Source of the DNA: Kofleriaceae bacterium | GTDB lineage: Bacteria > Myxococcota_A > Polyangia > Haliangiales > Haliangiaceae | Direction of reading: 5' to 3' | DNA: 64,000 nucleotides | Assembly: GCA_046597055.1 (NCBI GenBank) | Contig: JBKJLC010000178.1 | Location: 8,303 to 72,302, forward strand | In this document: positions 49,739 through 59,686 of the stretch, piece by piece | Numbering within the stretch: the stretch's first letter is position 1 | Layout of the letters: every line of letters begins with the position of its first letter | Translations under genes and position numbers: made by a program | The notes under the pieces: generated by a model | Seen by the model: only the letters and a program-made list of their open reading frames with translations | What the model was told of the DNA's origin: nothing | The model's database searches: none

Positions 49739-49980
49739 CCCGGCGTCCCTGAGCGAAGGGCTCGTTGCGAGCCCGAATTCGAAGGGCCAGCCCGTCGAGG
49801 ACGCCTGCTCACAACCTGGGCGGCTGCCAGGCAGAGCGCCAAGGTGCCGCACGCGATCTTCGACGGGCTGCCCTTCGACGGCGGGCTCGCGTGCGCTCGC
49901 CCTGGCTCGGGGACACCGGGGGGGGACGTGCGGGATCCTGAGGGGCTGCCCTTCGACTTCGCGCGGGCTCGCCCGGGCTG
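49739..49980. repeat. Cluster of the same REP-like element (one forward, one inverted, one partial inverted)
   Basis: 49739-49790 (+), 49868-49920 (-), 49946-~49980 (- partial). Confidence 0.85.
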
Positions 49981-50118
49981 ACCGGTGTACGGCAAGCAAG
50001 GGGGCTTACATCTCTCACATTCAGCCGAATGCGGAATGCCAGACACACATGTGGATGGCGATCTGATACAAGCCGGCTCCTTCGTACTTCCGCATACGGT
50101 TTCAGGAGCCCCTCTCAC

Positions 50119-53100
50119 ATGTCCCGCCCCCCTCTGCGTTCTGTCTTCCGCTCGATTCCTGCCCTCCTCCTCGTCGGTGTCACCACCCTCTCCGGGTGCC
50201 TCACCGATCCCGATGACGCCGAGCTCGCCACCAGCGAGCAAGCGCTCACGACGACCCAGCTGTTTGCCTCGACCGCGCTGGTCAAGGGCGCCAGCAAGCC
50301 CGGCACCTACACGGCGGTCGAGACCGGCACGCTGACCTTCAAGACCGCCGGCACCGGCGACGCCGACCTCTACGTCAAGCGCGGCACCGGCGCGAGCACG
50401 ACCTCGTTCACCTGCAAGTCGGACGGCGCGACCGCGGTCGAGCAGTGCGTCATCACCGTCACCGTCGGCGAGCAGATCTCGTACAGCGTCCACGCGTACG
50501 CCGCGAGCACCGTGAGCCTCACGGTCATCAGCGAGGGCACCGCGGTCCCGCCCGACACCACGACCACCACGGTCCTGGTCCCGTCGGGCGCGCTGGCCGC
50601 CACCTCGCGCAAGACCGGCATCTTCACCGCGCCGGCCGCCGGCGAGCTGGTGTTCAGCGCGACCGGCAACGGCGACGTCGACCTCTACGTCAAGCGCGGC
50701 AGCGTGGTCACCACGACCAGCAGCGACTGCAAGTCCGAGGGCAGCACGGCGGTCGAGACCTGCCGGGTCACCGTCACCGCCGGCCAGCAGGTCGCGTGGC
50801 TCCTGTACGCGTACTCGGCGTCGACCGCGACGCTGTCGGTCACCGCGCCCCGGAGCGCCACCACGGTCCCGCCGGTCACGACCGTGCTCATTCCGTCGGG
50901 CGCGTTCACCCAGGGTCAGCAGAAGACCGGCGTCCACACCGTGGTCGCCGCCGGCTCGATCGTCTTCAAGTCGACCGGCACCGGCGACGTCGACCTCTAC
51001 GTCCGCCGCGGCTCGGCGCCGACCACCACCGTCGCCGACTGCAAGTCGGAGTCCGGCACGTCGACCGAGACCTGCACGCTGACCGCGGTCGCCGGCGAGC
51101 GGCTCCACTACCTCCTCCACGGCTACGCGACCTCGACCGCCACCTTGTCGGTGACCGGGCCCGGCGCGTCCACCCCCGACGGCCTGGTCACCCTGTCGAC
51201 CCCGACCATGCCGACGGTCGCCGCCTACGACCAGTTCTCGGTCCCCGGCGGCACCCTCTCGACCTCGGGCCGGTCGCTCAAGTTCCTGATCGACAACCGG
51301 ACCCCGGCCGCCCGCACCACGCAGTTCATGAACGGCAACTACCGGGTGAACGGCGTGGTGCCGGATTACGCGAAGTACCACTTCGACTTCGCGAAGCGCG
51401 TCCACGGGATCACCGACACCGGCGCGACCTTCAACCAGACCACCTACTTCAGCCAGACCAAGCGCTTCTTCGCCGGCACCCTCCAGACCTACTACCTGGG
51501 CGAGGCGACCACCCCGGTCTACGCCGTGCAGTTCTACCCCGACGACGTGATCGCCGAGGAGACCCTGCTCGACGCGCTGACCACGATCAAGCCACTGGTC
51601 ACCATCCCCGGCGCCAAGCTGGTGTTCATCGCCACCGGCCCCCAGCAGACCTTCGCGCGCATCGGCACCCAGGCCGCCGCGCTCGGCATCGACCTCTTCA
51701 CGATCGACCAGGTCCTCGGCAACATCAAGTACGTCGGCCTCAACACCGGCGAGGCGTGGGGCTACCTGCGCATCTTCCCGGCTGACCCGTCGCTGCTGCG
51801 CGCGACCGACATCCCCGTGTTCGACGAGCTGCCGCTCGATCTGACCGTGGTCGCCGGCGTCATGACCCGCGCCTATCAGGACATCAACTCGCACATCAAC
51901 CTGAAGTCCAAGGAGCGCGGCACGCCGAACATGGTCCTGCGCGACGCCAGCCTGACCCACCCGCGCCTGGCGCCGTGGGCGAACCTGCCGATCCACCTGA
52001 CCATCACCAGCGAGGGCTTCACGATCGAGGCGACCACCGACGCGGTGGTCGCGGCCAAGCTGGCCGAGCGCCTGAACAAGCCGTGGATCCCGCTGCCGGT
52101 GGTCGACGAGACCCGGCTGCTCAGCTTCGACGACATCTGCCCGACCCTGAACACGTCGTGCCTGGCGTGGAGTGACCGCCTCGGCGGCAAGTCGACTGGC
52201 CTGTCGTTCCTGGCCAACCGCCAGGCGGTCGGTCGGGTCGGCCTGGTCGGCTCGCTGAGCGCCCGCTTCGGCTATGACATCTCGCCGAAGGGCTTCGCGA
52301 TCCCGGTGAAGTACTACCGCGACTTCGTGAACGCGCCCGAGAACGCGCTGCTCAAGTCCAAGATCGATGCGTTCGTGGTCGCGGAGAAGAGCGGCGCCCT
52401 GTCGCCGGCCGACCGCAACGCGCTCGTCCTCGAGATCCAGAACCTCTTCTACAAGGGCCGGATGTCGGCGACCGCGCTGGCCGACATCTCGAGCCGAGTC
52501 ACCACGCTCATGCCAGGCGTCCCCAAGTTCAAGTTCCGCTCGAGCGCGACCTCCGAGGACATCGAGAACTTCAATGGCGCCGGCCTCTACGACAGCTTCT
52601 CGATGGAGCTGGAGAAGGTCGACAACCCCGACTTCTCGTGTGCGCTCAACCCCGAGTTCACCAACGGCGTCCTCACGAACCTCAAGATCAAGCCGAAGAC
52701 GGTGCAGTGCGCGGTCAAGGCCGTGTACGCCAGCCTGTGGAACCCGCGCGCGGTCGACGAGCGCACGTTCGCCCGCCTCGACCACGCGACCGCCGGCATG
52801 GGCATCGCGGTCAACCCCTCCTACGACACCGAGGACGTGGTCGCGGCCAACGCGGTGCTGATCACCCGCGTGGTCGGCAGCGACATCTACGGCTACACGC
52901 TGTCGGTGCAGAAGGATAACAACCTGGTCACCAACCCGACGCCCGGCTCGATCTCCGAGCTCGACGTGGTCGCCTTCTCCGACTTCACCCGCCCGCCGCG
53001 GTTCACCACGACCCGCTACGCCAAGCCGCTCGCCGAGCTGCCCACCCTGACCACGACGGTCCTGACCGAGCGGCAGATGATCGACCTCGTCGACATCGCG

Positions 53101-53271
53101 AAGTCGGTCGAGATCGCGTTCTGCAACGGCAAGCTCAGCTACTTCCCGGGCGGCCAGTGCAGCTCGGTGTGGCTCGACACCAACAAGCCGCGCTCGCTCG
53201 ACATGGAGATCAAGATCCTCGCCAACGGACATTACGTCCTGAAGCAGGTCCGCGAGTTCCACGGCCGCTGA
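50119..53271 (+). CDS. Lipoprotein with 3 PPC repeats, phosphohistidine (PEP-utiliser mobile-like) domain and PPDK-type ATP-grasp domain
   Basis: SD AGGAG; lipobox LSGC; three GD(A/V)DLYV(K/R)RG repeats; AGVMT…SHINL…GTPN; GGK, P.GFAIP, RSSATSED…AGLYDS, ASLWN.RA, DMEIK…KQVR. Confidence 0.85.
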   Translation: MSRPPLRSVFRSIPALLLVGVTTLSGCLTDPDDAELATSEQALTTTQLFASTALVKGASKPGTYTAVETGTLTFKTAGTGDADLYVKRGTGASTTSFTCKSDGATAVEQCVITVTVGEQISYSVHAYAASTVSLTVISEGTAVPPDTTTTTVLVPSGALAATSRKTGIFTAPAAGELVFSATGNGDVDLYVKRGSVVTTTSSDCKSEGSTAVETCRVTVTAGQQVAWLLYAYSASTATLSVTAPRSATTVPPVTTVLIPSGAFTQGQQKTGVHTVVAAGSIVFKSTGTGDVDLYVRRGSAPTTTVADCKSESGTSTETCTLTAVAGERLHYLLHGYATSTATLSVTGPGASTPDGLVTLSTPTMPTVAAYDQFSVPGGTLSTSGRSLKFLIDNRTPAARTTQFMNGNYRVNGVVPDYAKYHFDFAKRVHGITDTGATFNQTTYFSQTKRFFAGTLQTYYLGEATTPVYAVQFYPDDVIAEETLLDALTTIKPLVTIPGAKLVFIATGPQQTFARIGTQAAALGIDLFTIDQVLGNIKYVGLNTGEAWGYLRIFPADPSLLRATDIPVFDELPLDLTVVAGVMTRAYQDINSHINLKSKERGTPNMVLRDASLTHPRLAPWANLPIHLTITSEGFTIEATTDAVVAAKLAERLNKPWIPLPVVDETRLLSFDDICPTLNTSCLAWSDRLGGKSTGLSFLANRQAVGRVGLVGSLSARFGYDISPKGFAIPVKYYRDFVNAPENALLKSKIDAFVVAEKSGALSPADRNALVLEIQNLFYKGRMSATALADISSRVTTLMPGVPKFKFRSSATSEDIENFNGAGLYDSFSMELEKVDNPDFSCALNPEFTNGVLTNLKIKPKTVQCAVKAVYASLWNPRAVDERTFARLDHATAGMGIAVNPSYDTEDVVAANAVLITRVVGSDIYGYTLSVQKDNNLVTNPTPGSISELDVVAFSDFTRPPRFTTTRYAKPLAELPTLTTTVLTERQMIDLVDIAKSVEIAFCNGKLSYFPGGQCSSVWLDTNKPRSLDMEIKILANGHYVLKQVREFHGR

Positions 53272-53326
53272 TGGAAGCTCGGCCTGCGAGGCCCGCACCG
53301 GGACCGCCCGGCGCCCTGACCTGATC

Positions 53327-53356
53327 GACGACCCGGCCCGGCCTGGCCGGGTCGTC
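53327..53356. terminator. GC-rich hairpin between convergent genes
   Basis: 12-bp stem GACGACCCGGCC/GGCCGGGTCGTC; no U tract. Confidence 0.45.
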
Positions 53357-53393
53357 CTGGGTTTCGGGCTCGTTGCGACGATCGGGCGGGCGG

Positions 53394-54851
53394 TCAGTCG
53401 CAGAGGCTGGTGCTGAGCGGCTCGACGCCTGCGAGCGTGACCGCCTGGGCCTCGACCTTGCCCGGCTTCACCGTGAGGACCGGGGCGTCGAAGCTGCGGT
53501 TGGCGCGCTGCAGCCGCACCACCGGCGGGCCTCCGTACGACGAGCCGAGGACGTCGAGCCTGCGATCGCCGTCGAGATCCGCGATGGCGACGCCGAACAC
53601 ACCGACCGGTGGCTGCGGGTCGGGCGACGCCGCGAGCGTCACCAGCGGCTCGAACCCGCCGGAGGTCGAACCGGGAGCCCACAGCATGTCCATGTGGCGG
53701 CCCACCACGACGTCGAGGGCTCCGTTGCCGTCGAGATCACCCCAGGTGAGGCCGCGGGCGGCGTTGAAGCCGAGGGACGGGCCGGCGGACAGGCTGAGGG
53801 TCCCCGCGCGATAGACCTGGCCGCCGACGGTGACCAGCCGATCGAAGGTGGCGACGAAGCCACCGTCGGAGGTCGCCGGTCCGTCGGTCGCGAGCCACGC
53901 GTCGTCGGGTTGCCGATCGAAGAAGCGGAAGCGGCCGCGATGGAGCGCCACCACCTCGAGGTCGAGGTCGGCGTCGAGCTGCATCCACGCGACCGAGACC
54001 GCCGGCCGGGGCGCGGTGATCTCGGCGCCGGTGATGAGCCAGGTCGGCTGGTAGGTCGCGGGCGGGCCCGGCTCGCGACGGAACACACGCAGGCCGGCGA
54101 TCTCGTCGTACCAGAGCAGGTCGAGATCGCCGTCGTGGTCGGCGTCGCCCCAGGCCACCCGGCTGCCCCACGCCCACGCGGTGGGGTCGTGCGGGGTCGG
54201 ATCGACGACCTCCAGGCTGGGCGGGCTGGCGAGGTCGAGCACGCCGCCGGTCACCCCGTTGCCTTGCAGCACGCGCACGCCGCCGAGCGATCCGATCGCC
54301 AGGTCGACGTCGCCGTCACCCTCGACATCCGCCCAGGCCGCGCTGGCCGTGAACAGGTGGGTCGGCCCGAGCGCTGGCTGGCAGTGGACCGCGCGCGGGT
54401 TGGCCGGGTCGGGGCGGAACCGCAGCGTGTTCATCGTGTCCCAGCCCATGACCGACACGTCGGACGGGCACCGGCCCGGGCTGGTGGCGCCGGCCAGCGG
54501 CTCGCAGGTGCGGGCGGCGGCCTGCACACAGGGCTCGGCCCAGCCCAGCGTGCAACACGACGCGTCGGCGGCGCAGACCGCGTCGACGCAGGCGTCGCGT
54601 CCGAGCGGCATCGCCGGGCCGATCAAGCAGACCTCGCGCACGAACGGCGCGTCCGGACCATCCGGCGCGTCGGGTGGCGCTTCGGGCGCGTCCGGTGGGG
54701 GCGTGGGCGTCACGCACTGCTGGTCGCTGCAGCCCAGCCCGGGCGCGCAGTCGCTGTCGATGGCGCACACGTACGGAGACGGGTCCGGCAGGCACGCGAC
54801 CAGCGGCAAGGGGGTCAGGGCAAACGCAAGAGCTACGAAGGGTCGACGCAT
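53394..54851 (-). CDS. FG-GAP/VCBS-repeat lipoprotein with Cys-rich N-domains (paralog 1)
   Basis: Lipobox LVAC; C..DSDC…C…C and CV..VC..D..CC..GW…CV; repeated (W/F)(A/G)D.DGDGD.D(L/V). Confidence 0.85.
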   Translation of the reverse strand: MRRPFVALAFALTPLPLVACLPDPSPYVCAIDSDCAPGLGCSDQQCVTPTPPPDAPEAPPDAPDGPDAPFVREVCLIGPAMPLGRDACVDAVCAADASCCTLGWAEPCVQAAARTCEPLAGATSPGRCPSDVSVMGWDTMNTLRFRPDPANPRAVHCQPALGPTHLFTASAAWADVEGDGDVDLAIGSLGGVRVLQGNGVTGGVLDLASPPSLEVVDPTPHDPTAWAWGSRVAWGDADHDGDLDLLWYDEIAGLRVFRREPGPPATYQPTWLITGAEITAPRPAVSVAWMQLDADLDLEVVALHRGRFRFFDRQPDDAWLATDGPATSDGGFVATFDRLVTVGGQVYRAGTLSLSAGPSLGFNAARGLTWGDLDGNGALDVVVGRHMDMLWAPGSTSGGFEPLVTLAASPDPQPPVGVFGVAIADLDGDRRLDVLGSSYGGPPVVRLQRANRSFDAPVLTVKPGKVEAQAVTLAGVEPLSTSLCD

Positions 54852-54969
54852 CGGTCCGCCTCCAGCGGTGAGGCGAGTACGACACACCCGCGCCGCGGGC
54901 CGACTGGCAGAATCCGGCGTTGATGGCCGGCGGGTCGCGCGGGCGCCGGCGTCGTCGTCAGTCAAGGGC

Positions 54970-56376
54970 CTATTTGACGCCTGTCAGGCTGACCGCCTGC
55001 GCGCTGTACTTCCCGGTCACGGCGGTGAGGACCGGGGCCTCGAACGTGCCATCGGGTCGTCGAAGTCGCACCACCGATGCCTTGTCGCGCGCGGAGCCGA
55101 ACACGTCGAGAGTGCCATTGCCGTCCAGGTCTGCGATCGCGACGCCGAACACGTTGATCGGGTTGGCCTCATCCGCCTGCACTGCGAGCCGCTCGACCGG
55201 CAGGAAGGTGGTGGCCCCGGCGCTGGGAAAGTAGCGCAGCTCTTCGTTCAGCCCGACGACCACGTCGAGGTGGTCGTCACGATTGATATCGCCGAAAGCC
55301 ATGCCGCGTGCGCCGTCGATGGGTAGCGGGGTGCCGATGGCGCTGAGGCTCTCGATGCCCGCGTTCATGATCTGCCCGCGGACGGTGATCAGCCGATGGA
55401 AGGTGGCGACGAAGCCACCGTCGCTGACCACGGGGCCTTCGAGCTCCCGCCAGCTCGCCATGGGCGGCCGGTCGAAGAGGCGGAAGCGGCCGCCTCGGGT
55501 CGCCACCAGCTCGAGGTCGTCATCGCGATCGAGCTGCATCCACGCCGCCGACACCTGGACGTCGGCGGAGACCGCGGCCGGGATCAGCGTCTCCTGCACG
55601 TAGCGCACCGGCGGTCCCGGTTCTCGCCGGAAGACGTGCAGCCCGAGCTGCTGGTCGTGCCAGAGCAGGTCGAGGTCATCGTCGCTGTCGGCATCCGCCC
55701 AGGCGACCCGGCTGCCCCACATGTCCGCGTTGGGCCCGTACGCGCCCGGCTCCGAGATGGTGACGACCGGCGTGCTGACGAACGAAAGCGCGCCGATCGC
55801 GGTCACCCCGTTGCCCTCGAGCACCTTCAGGCCGCCATTGATGCCCATCGCCAGGTCGACGTCACCATCGCCGTCCGCGTCGGCCCAGGCCGAGCTGCTG
55901 ACGAACTGGCTGCCCACGTCCTCGCTGTGCACCGGGTAGTGACCGGGCGGGACCAGGCGAACTCGCAGCACGTCCATGCCGAAACCGGCGACCGCCACAT
56001 CGGACGGGCACCGGCCGCCAGCAGCGCCCGAGGGCAGCGTGCAGGTGGCCGCGGCCCGCTGCACGCACGTCTCGTCCCAGCCGAGCTTGCAGCAGTCCTC
56101 GTTGTGCGCGCACACCGAGTCGACGCAGGCGTCACGCGCCTCTGGCATCGCCGTCCCCACCAGGCACACGTCGCGCACGAACGGTTCGTTCGGGCCGTCG
56201 GTTGCGTCCACCGAGGCATCGGGTGGCTCGGGTTGGACGACGCACCGCCCCTCCCTGCAGGCCGCGGGGGCGCCGCAGTCGGTGTCGACGGCGCAGTACG
56301 GACGCACCTCGGGCAGACACGCGACCAGCGGCGCGGCGAGCAGGGCGAACGCGAGCGACGCGCGGCGTTGGTTCAT
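54970..56376 (-). CDS. FG-GAP/VCBS-repeat lipoprotein with Cys-rich N-domains (paralog 2)
   Basis: Same architecture, collinear with paralog 1. Confidence 0.85.
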   Translation of the reverse strand: MNQRRASLAFALLAAPLVACLPEVRPYCAVDTDCGAPAACREGRCVVQPEPPDASVDATDGPNEPFVRDVCLVGTAMPEARDACVDSVCAHNEDCCKLGWDETCVQRAAATCTLPSGAAGGRCPSDVAVAGFGMDVLRVRLVPPGHYPVHSEDVGSQFVSSSAWADADGDGDVDLAMGINGGLKVLEGNGVTAIGALSFVSTPVVTISEPGAYGPNADMWGSRVAWADADSDDDLDLLWHDQQLGLHVFRREPGPPVRYVQETLIPAAVSADVQVSAAWMQLDRDDDLELVATRGGRFRLFDRPPMASWRELEGPVVSDGGFVATFHRLITVRGQIMNAGIESLSAIGTPLPIDGARGMAFGDINRDDHLDVVVGLNEELRYFPSAGATTFLPVERLAVQADEANPINVFGVAIADLDGNGTLDVFGSARDKASVVRLRRPDGTFEAPVLTAVTGKYSAQAVSLTGVK

Positions 56377-56479
56377 CGGTCCGCCTCCAGCGGGTCCGCC
56401 ACTACGACACGATCCGGCTTCGTTGTGCCCTGGCAGCGTCTGTCCGGACGTCCGATGTGGGGTGAACACGGATACGAGG

Positions 56480-59400
56480 CTACTCACGGGCCGGCTCGTC
56501 TGGGACCGGGCCCGGGGCGACCCCGACCGGTCCGGCGCCGACCGCCGCGGCGCGGTCGCCGTGCGGGGGCGCGTCCGAGTGGCCGTGGCCGTGCACCGGC
56601 GCCCGCGGCGTGCCACGCAGGCGGCGGATCACCGCGTCACGCCAGTTGGTCACGATGTCGTAGAAGGTGGGGATCACCAGCAGGGTCAGGACCGTCGAGG
56701 TGATCACGCCGCCGATCACGGCGCGCCCGAGCGGCGCCCGGAAGTCGCCGCCCTCGCCGCCTCCGATCGCGACCGGCAGCATGCCCGCGATGATCGCGAC
56801 CGACGTCATGACGATGGGGCGCAGGCGGACGCCGCCGGCCTCGACGATCGCCTCCTCGCGCGTCATGCCGCGGGCCTCGGCCAGCTTGGCGAAGTCGATC
56901 AGGAGGATCGCGTTCTTGGCGACGATGCCCATCAGCAAGATCACGCCGATCATGCTCATGAGGTTCAGGGTCGAGCCGGTGATCAGCATCGCGAGCATCA
57001 CGCCGATCAAGGACAGCGGCAGCGACGCCATGATCGGGATCGGCTCGAGGAAGGAGCCGAACTGGATCACCAGGATCAAGTACATGAGCATCACCGCGAT
57101 CCCGAGCGCGATCAGGATGCGGGTGAACACCTCCTGCTGGTTCTCGGTCTCGCCGCCCTGCTTGCGGTTGTAGCCCGGCGGCATCGGCAGGCCGGCCAGC
57201 TGGGTGTCGATGTCGGCCACCACCGCCGACAGTGGGCGACCCTCGGTGTTCGCGCTGACCGTGACCACGCGCTCGGCATCGAGGTGCTCGATCTGGGCCG
57301 GGCCCAGGCCGCGACGGATCTCGGCGACCTGGCCGAGCGGGATCATGGTGGTCCCGGTCGGGCCGGTCAGGATCAGGGGCACCGCCTCGAGATCCTCGGG
57401 CCGCTCGCGCCACTCGGCGCCGAGGCGGACCACGACGTCGCGGGTGCGGCCGTTGGGATCGATCCAATCACCGGCGTCGAGGCCGGTGAACGCCGGGCGC
57501 AGCGCCTGGGCCAGCGCGCCGACGCTGACGCCGAGCGAGCCGGCCAGGTCGCGGTCGAGGATCACCTCGACCTCGGGTCGCTGGCCCTTGCTCGACAGGC
57601 CGACGTCGACCGCGCCCGGCACGGTGCGGACCCGCGCCGCGGCCTGCTCGGCGAGGCCGTTGAGCACGTCGGTGTCGGCACCGGTCAGCTGGATCTGGAT
57701 CTGCTTGTCGGTGCCGAACCCGCCGGTGCTGATGTACGCGGTGGTGCCGCTGAGCTGGCGGATCTGGTTGCGGACCTGCTGCGCGACCGCGTCCTGGTGC
57801 AGGGTGCGCTGGGCCTTGGGCACCAGCCGCACGTAGATCGTCGCGGTGTCGACCGAGCCGCTCTGGCCGCCGATGGTCGCGTAGGTGTACGCGACCTCGG
57901 GGTGGGCCCTGGTGAGCTCGACCGCGTCGACCACCTTGAGGCGGGTGTAGTCGAGGTTCGAGCCGGGCGGGGTCTCGACCTTGATGATGAACTCGGAGCG
58001 GTCCTGGATCGGGAAGAACGAGCTGCCGACCAGGCCGGTCGCCGGGATCGCCAGCGCGCCGACGAACGACGCGATCGCCAGCAGCACCATCGCCAGCCGG
58101 TGCCGCATCGCCCAGCTGATCACCTTGCGGTAGCCGTGGGTCAGGCGCACGAAGCCGCGATCGAAGAAGTCGAGCTTGCGCGACAGCCACGACCGCTTGC
58201 CCTCGCTGACCTCGGGGTCGTTCCACACCGCCGACAGCATGGGGTCCAGCGAGAACGACACGAACAGCGACACCAGCACCGAGCACGCGATGGTCAGCGC
58301 GAACGGCGCGAACCACTGCTCGGCGATGCCGCCCATGAAGGCGATCGGCACGAACACCACGACGATCGAGAAGGTGGTCGCGGCCACCGCCATGCCGATC
58401 TCGGAGGTGCCCTCGGCGGCGGCGCGGACGTGGTCCTTGCCCATCTCCATGTGGCGGACGATGTTCTCGCGCACGACGATCGCGTCATCGATGAGGATGC
58501 CGACCGCCAGCGACAGGCCGAGCAGCGACATGGTGTTGAGGGTGAAGCCGAACGCCAGCACCGCGACGAACGACGCGATCACCGACACCGGCAGCGCCAG
58601 GCCGGTGATGACGGTCGACCGCCACGACTTGAGGAACAGAAAGACGACCAGGATGGTCAGGAACGCACCCTCGAGCAGCGAGGTCTTGACGTCGGACACC
58701 GAGGCCGCGACCCGCTTGCCGGAGTCGATCACGACCTCGAGCCGGACCCCCTCGGGCAGGGTCTTGCGCAGCTCGGCGATGCGCTGGTTGACCCGGTCGC
58801 TGACGTCGGTCGTGCTGAAGCCGGTCGCCTTCTTGACGTCGATGCCGACCGCGCGAGCGCCGTCGAACAACGCGGTCGAGCGCGGATCCTCGCTGCCGTC
58901 GACGATCTTGGCGATGTCGCCGAGCCGCACCACCCGGTCGCCCGAGCGCGCGATGATCAGCTGGGCGAAGTCGGCCGGCCCCTGCAGACGGCCGCGCAGG
59001 CGGATGGTGCGCTCGTCGAGGGCGCCGGTGAGCCGGCCGACCGGTGCCGCCAGGTTCTCGGCCTGGAGCACCTGGACCACCTGGGCGACGCCGATCCCGG
59101 CCGCGCGCATCGCCGCTGGCTCGAGCTCCACGGTGAGCTCGCGCTCGACCGCGCCGACCACGTTGACCGCGGCCACGCCGGGCAGCGCGGTGAGCTGGCG
59201 CGAGATGCCGGGATCGGCGAGCTCGCTGAGCTGGACCGGCGACATCGTGTCCGACACCAGCACCAGCGACAGGATCGGGAAGTCGGCCGCCTTGAACCGG
59301 GTGAGGATCGGCTCCTCCATCTCGAGCGGGAGGCCGCCGCGGATCTCCGACATCTTGTCGCGGATGTCCTGGGCCGCCTCCTGGGTGTCCTTCTCGAACA

Positions 59401-59686
59401 GAAACATCACCGTGATGACGGCGTAGCCGTCGACCGCGGTCGAGGAGATCTGGTCGACGCCGCTGATCGATCGAAAGGCCTCTTCGAGCGGATCGATCAG
59501 CTCGCGCTCGACCGTGCCGGGCGACGCGCCCGGGTACGGGATCGAGACGTTGACGACCGGCGCCTCGACCTCCGGGAACTCGTCGGTGTCGAGCAGGAAC
59601 AGCGCGATGAGGCCGAACACGACCAGCGCCAGCGTCACGACCGTCGTGACGATGGGCTTCCGGATCGCGAAGTCGGAGATGAACAT
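56480..59686 (-). CDS. RND efflux permease (AcrB/AcrD/AcrF family)
   Basis: ISDFAIRKP, YPGASP, GILIDDAIVVRENI, GIVAKNAILL, RLRPIVMT. Confidence 0.95.
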   Translation of the reverse strand: MFISDFAIRKPIVTTVVTLALVVFGLIALFLLDTDEFPEVEAPVVNVSIPYPGASPGTVERELIDPLEEAFRSISGVDQISSTAVDGYAVITVMFLFEKDTQEAAQDIRDKMSEIRGGLPLEMEEPILTRFKAADFPILSLVLVSDTMSPVQLSELADPGISRQLTALPGVAAVNVVGAVERELTVELEPAAMRAAGIGVAQVVQVLQAENLAAPVGRLTGALDERTIRLRGRLQGPADFAQLIIARSGDRVVRLGDIAKIVDGSEDPRSTALFDGARAVGIDVKKATGFSTTDVSDRVNQRIAELRKTLPEGVRLEVVIDSGKRVAASVSDVKTSLLEGAFLTILVVFLFLKSWRSTVITGLALPVSVIASFVAVLAFGFTLNTMSLLGLSLAVGILIDDAIVVRENIVRHMEMGKDHVRAAAEGTSEIGMAVAATTFSIVVVFVPIAFMGGIAEQWFAPFALTIACSVLVSLFVSFSLDPMLSAVWNDPEVSEGKRSWLSRKLDFFDRGFVRLTHGYRKVISWAMRHRLAMVLLAIASFVGALAIPATGLVGSSFFPIQDRSEFIIKVETPPGSNLDYTRLKVVDAVELTRAHPEVAYTYATIGGQSGSVDTATIYVRLVPKAQRTLHQDAVAQQVRNQIRQLSGTTAYISTGGFGTDKQIQIQLTGADTDVLNGLAEQAAARVRTVPGAVDVGLSSKGQRPEVEVILDRDLAGSLGVSVGALAQALRPAFTGLDAGDWIDPNGRTRDVVVRLGAEWRERPEDLEAVPLILTGPTGTTMIPLGQVAEIRRGLGPAQIEHLDAERVVTVSANTEGRPLSAVVADIDTQLAGLPMPPGYNRKQGGETENQQEVFTRILIALGIAVMLMYLILVIQFGSFLEPIPIMASLPLSLIGVMLAMLITGSTLNLMSMIGVILLMGIVAKNAILLIDFAKLAEARGMTREEAIVEAGGVRLRPIVMTSVAIIAGMLPVAIGGGEGGDFRAPLGRAVIGGVITSTVLTLLVIPTFYDIVTNWRDAVIRRLRGTPRAPVHGHGHSDAPPHGDRAAAVGAGPVGVAPGPVPDEPARE

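Noticed and set aside
50119..53271. Annotation as PEP synthase/PPDK or as a protease
   Set aside because: No C-terminal PEP-binding barrel, reversed domain order, lipoprotein signal; PPC repeats are present but no peptidase motif was seen.
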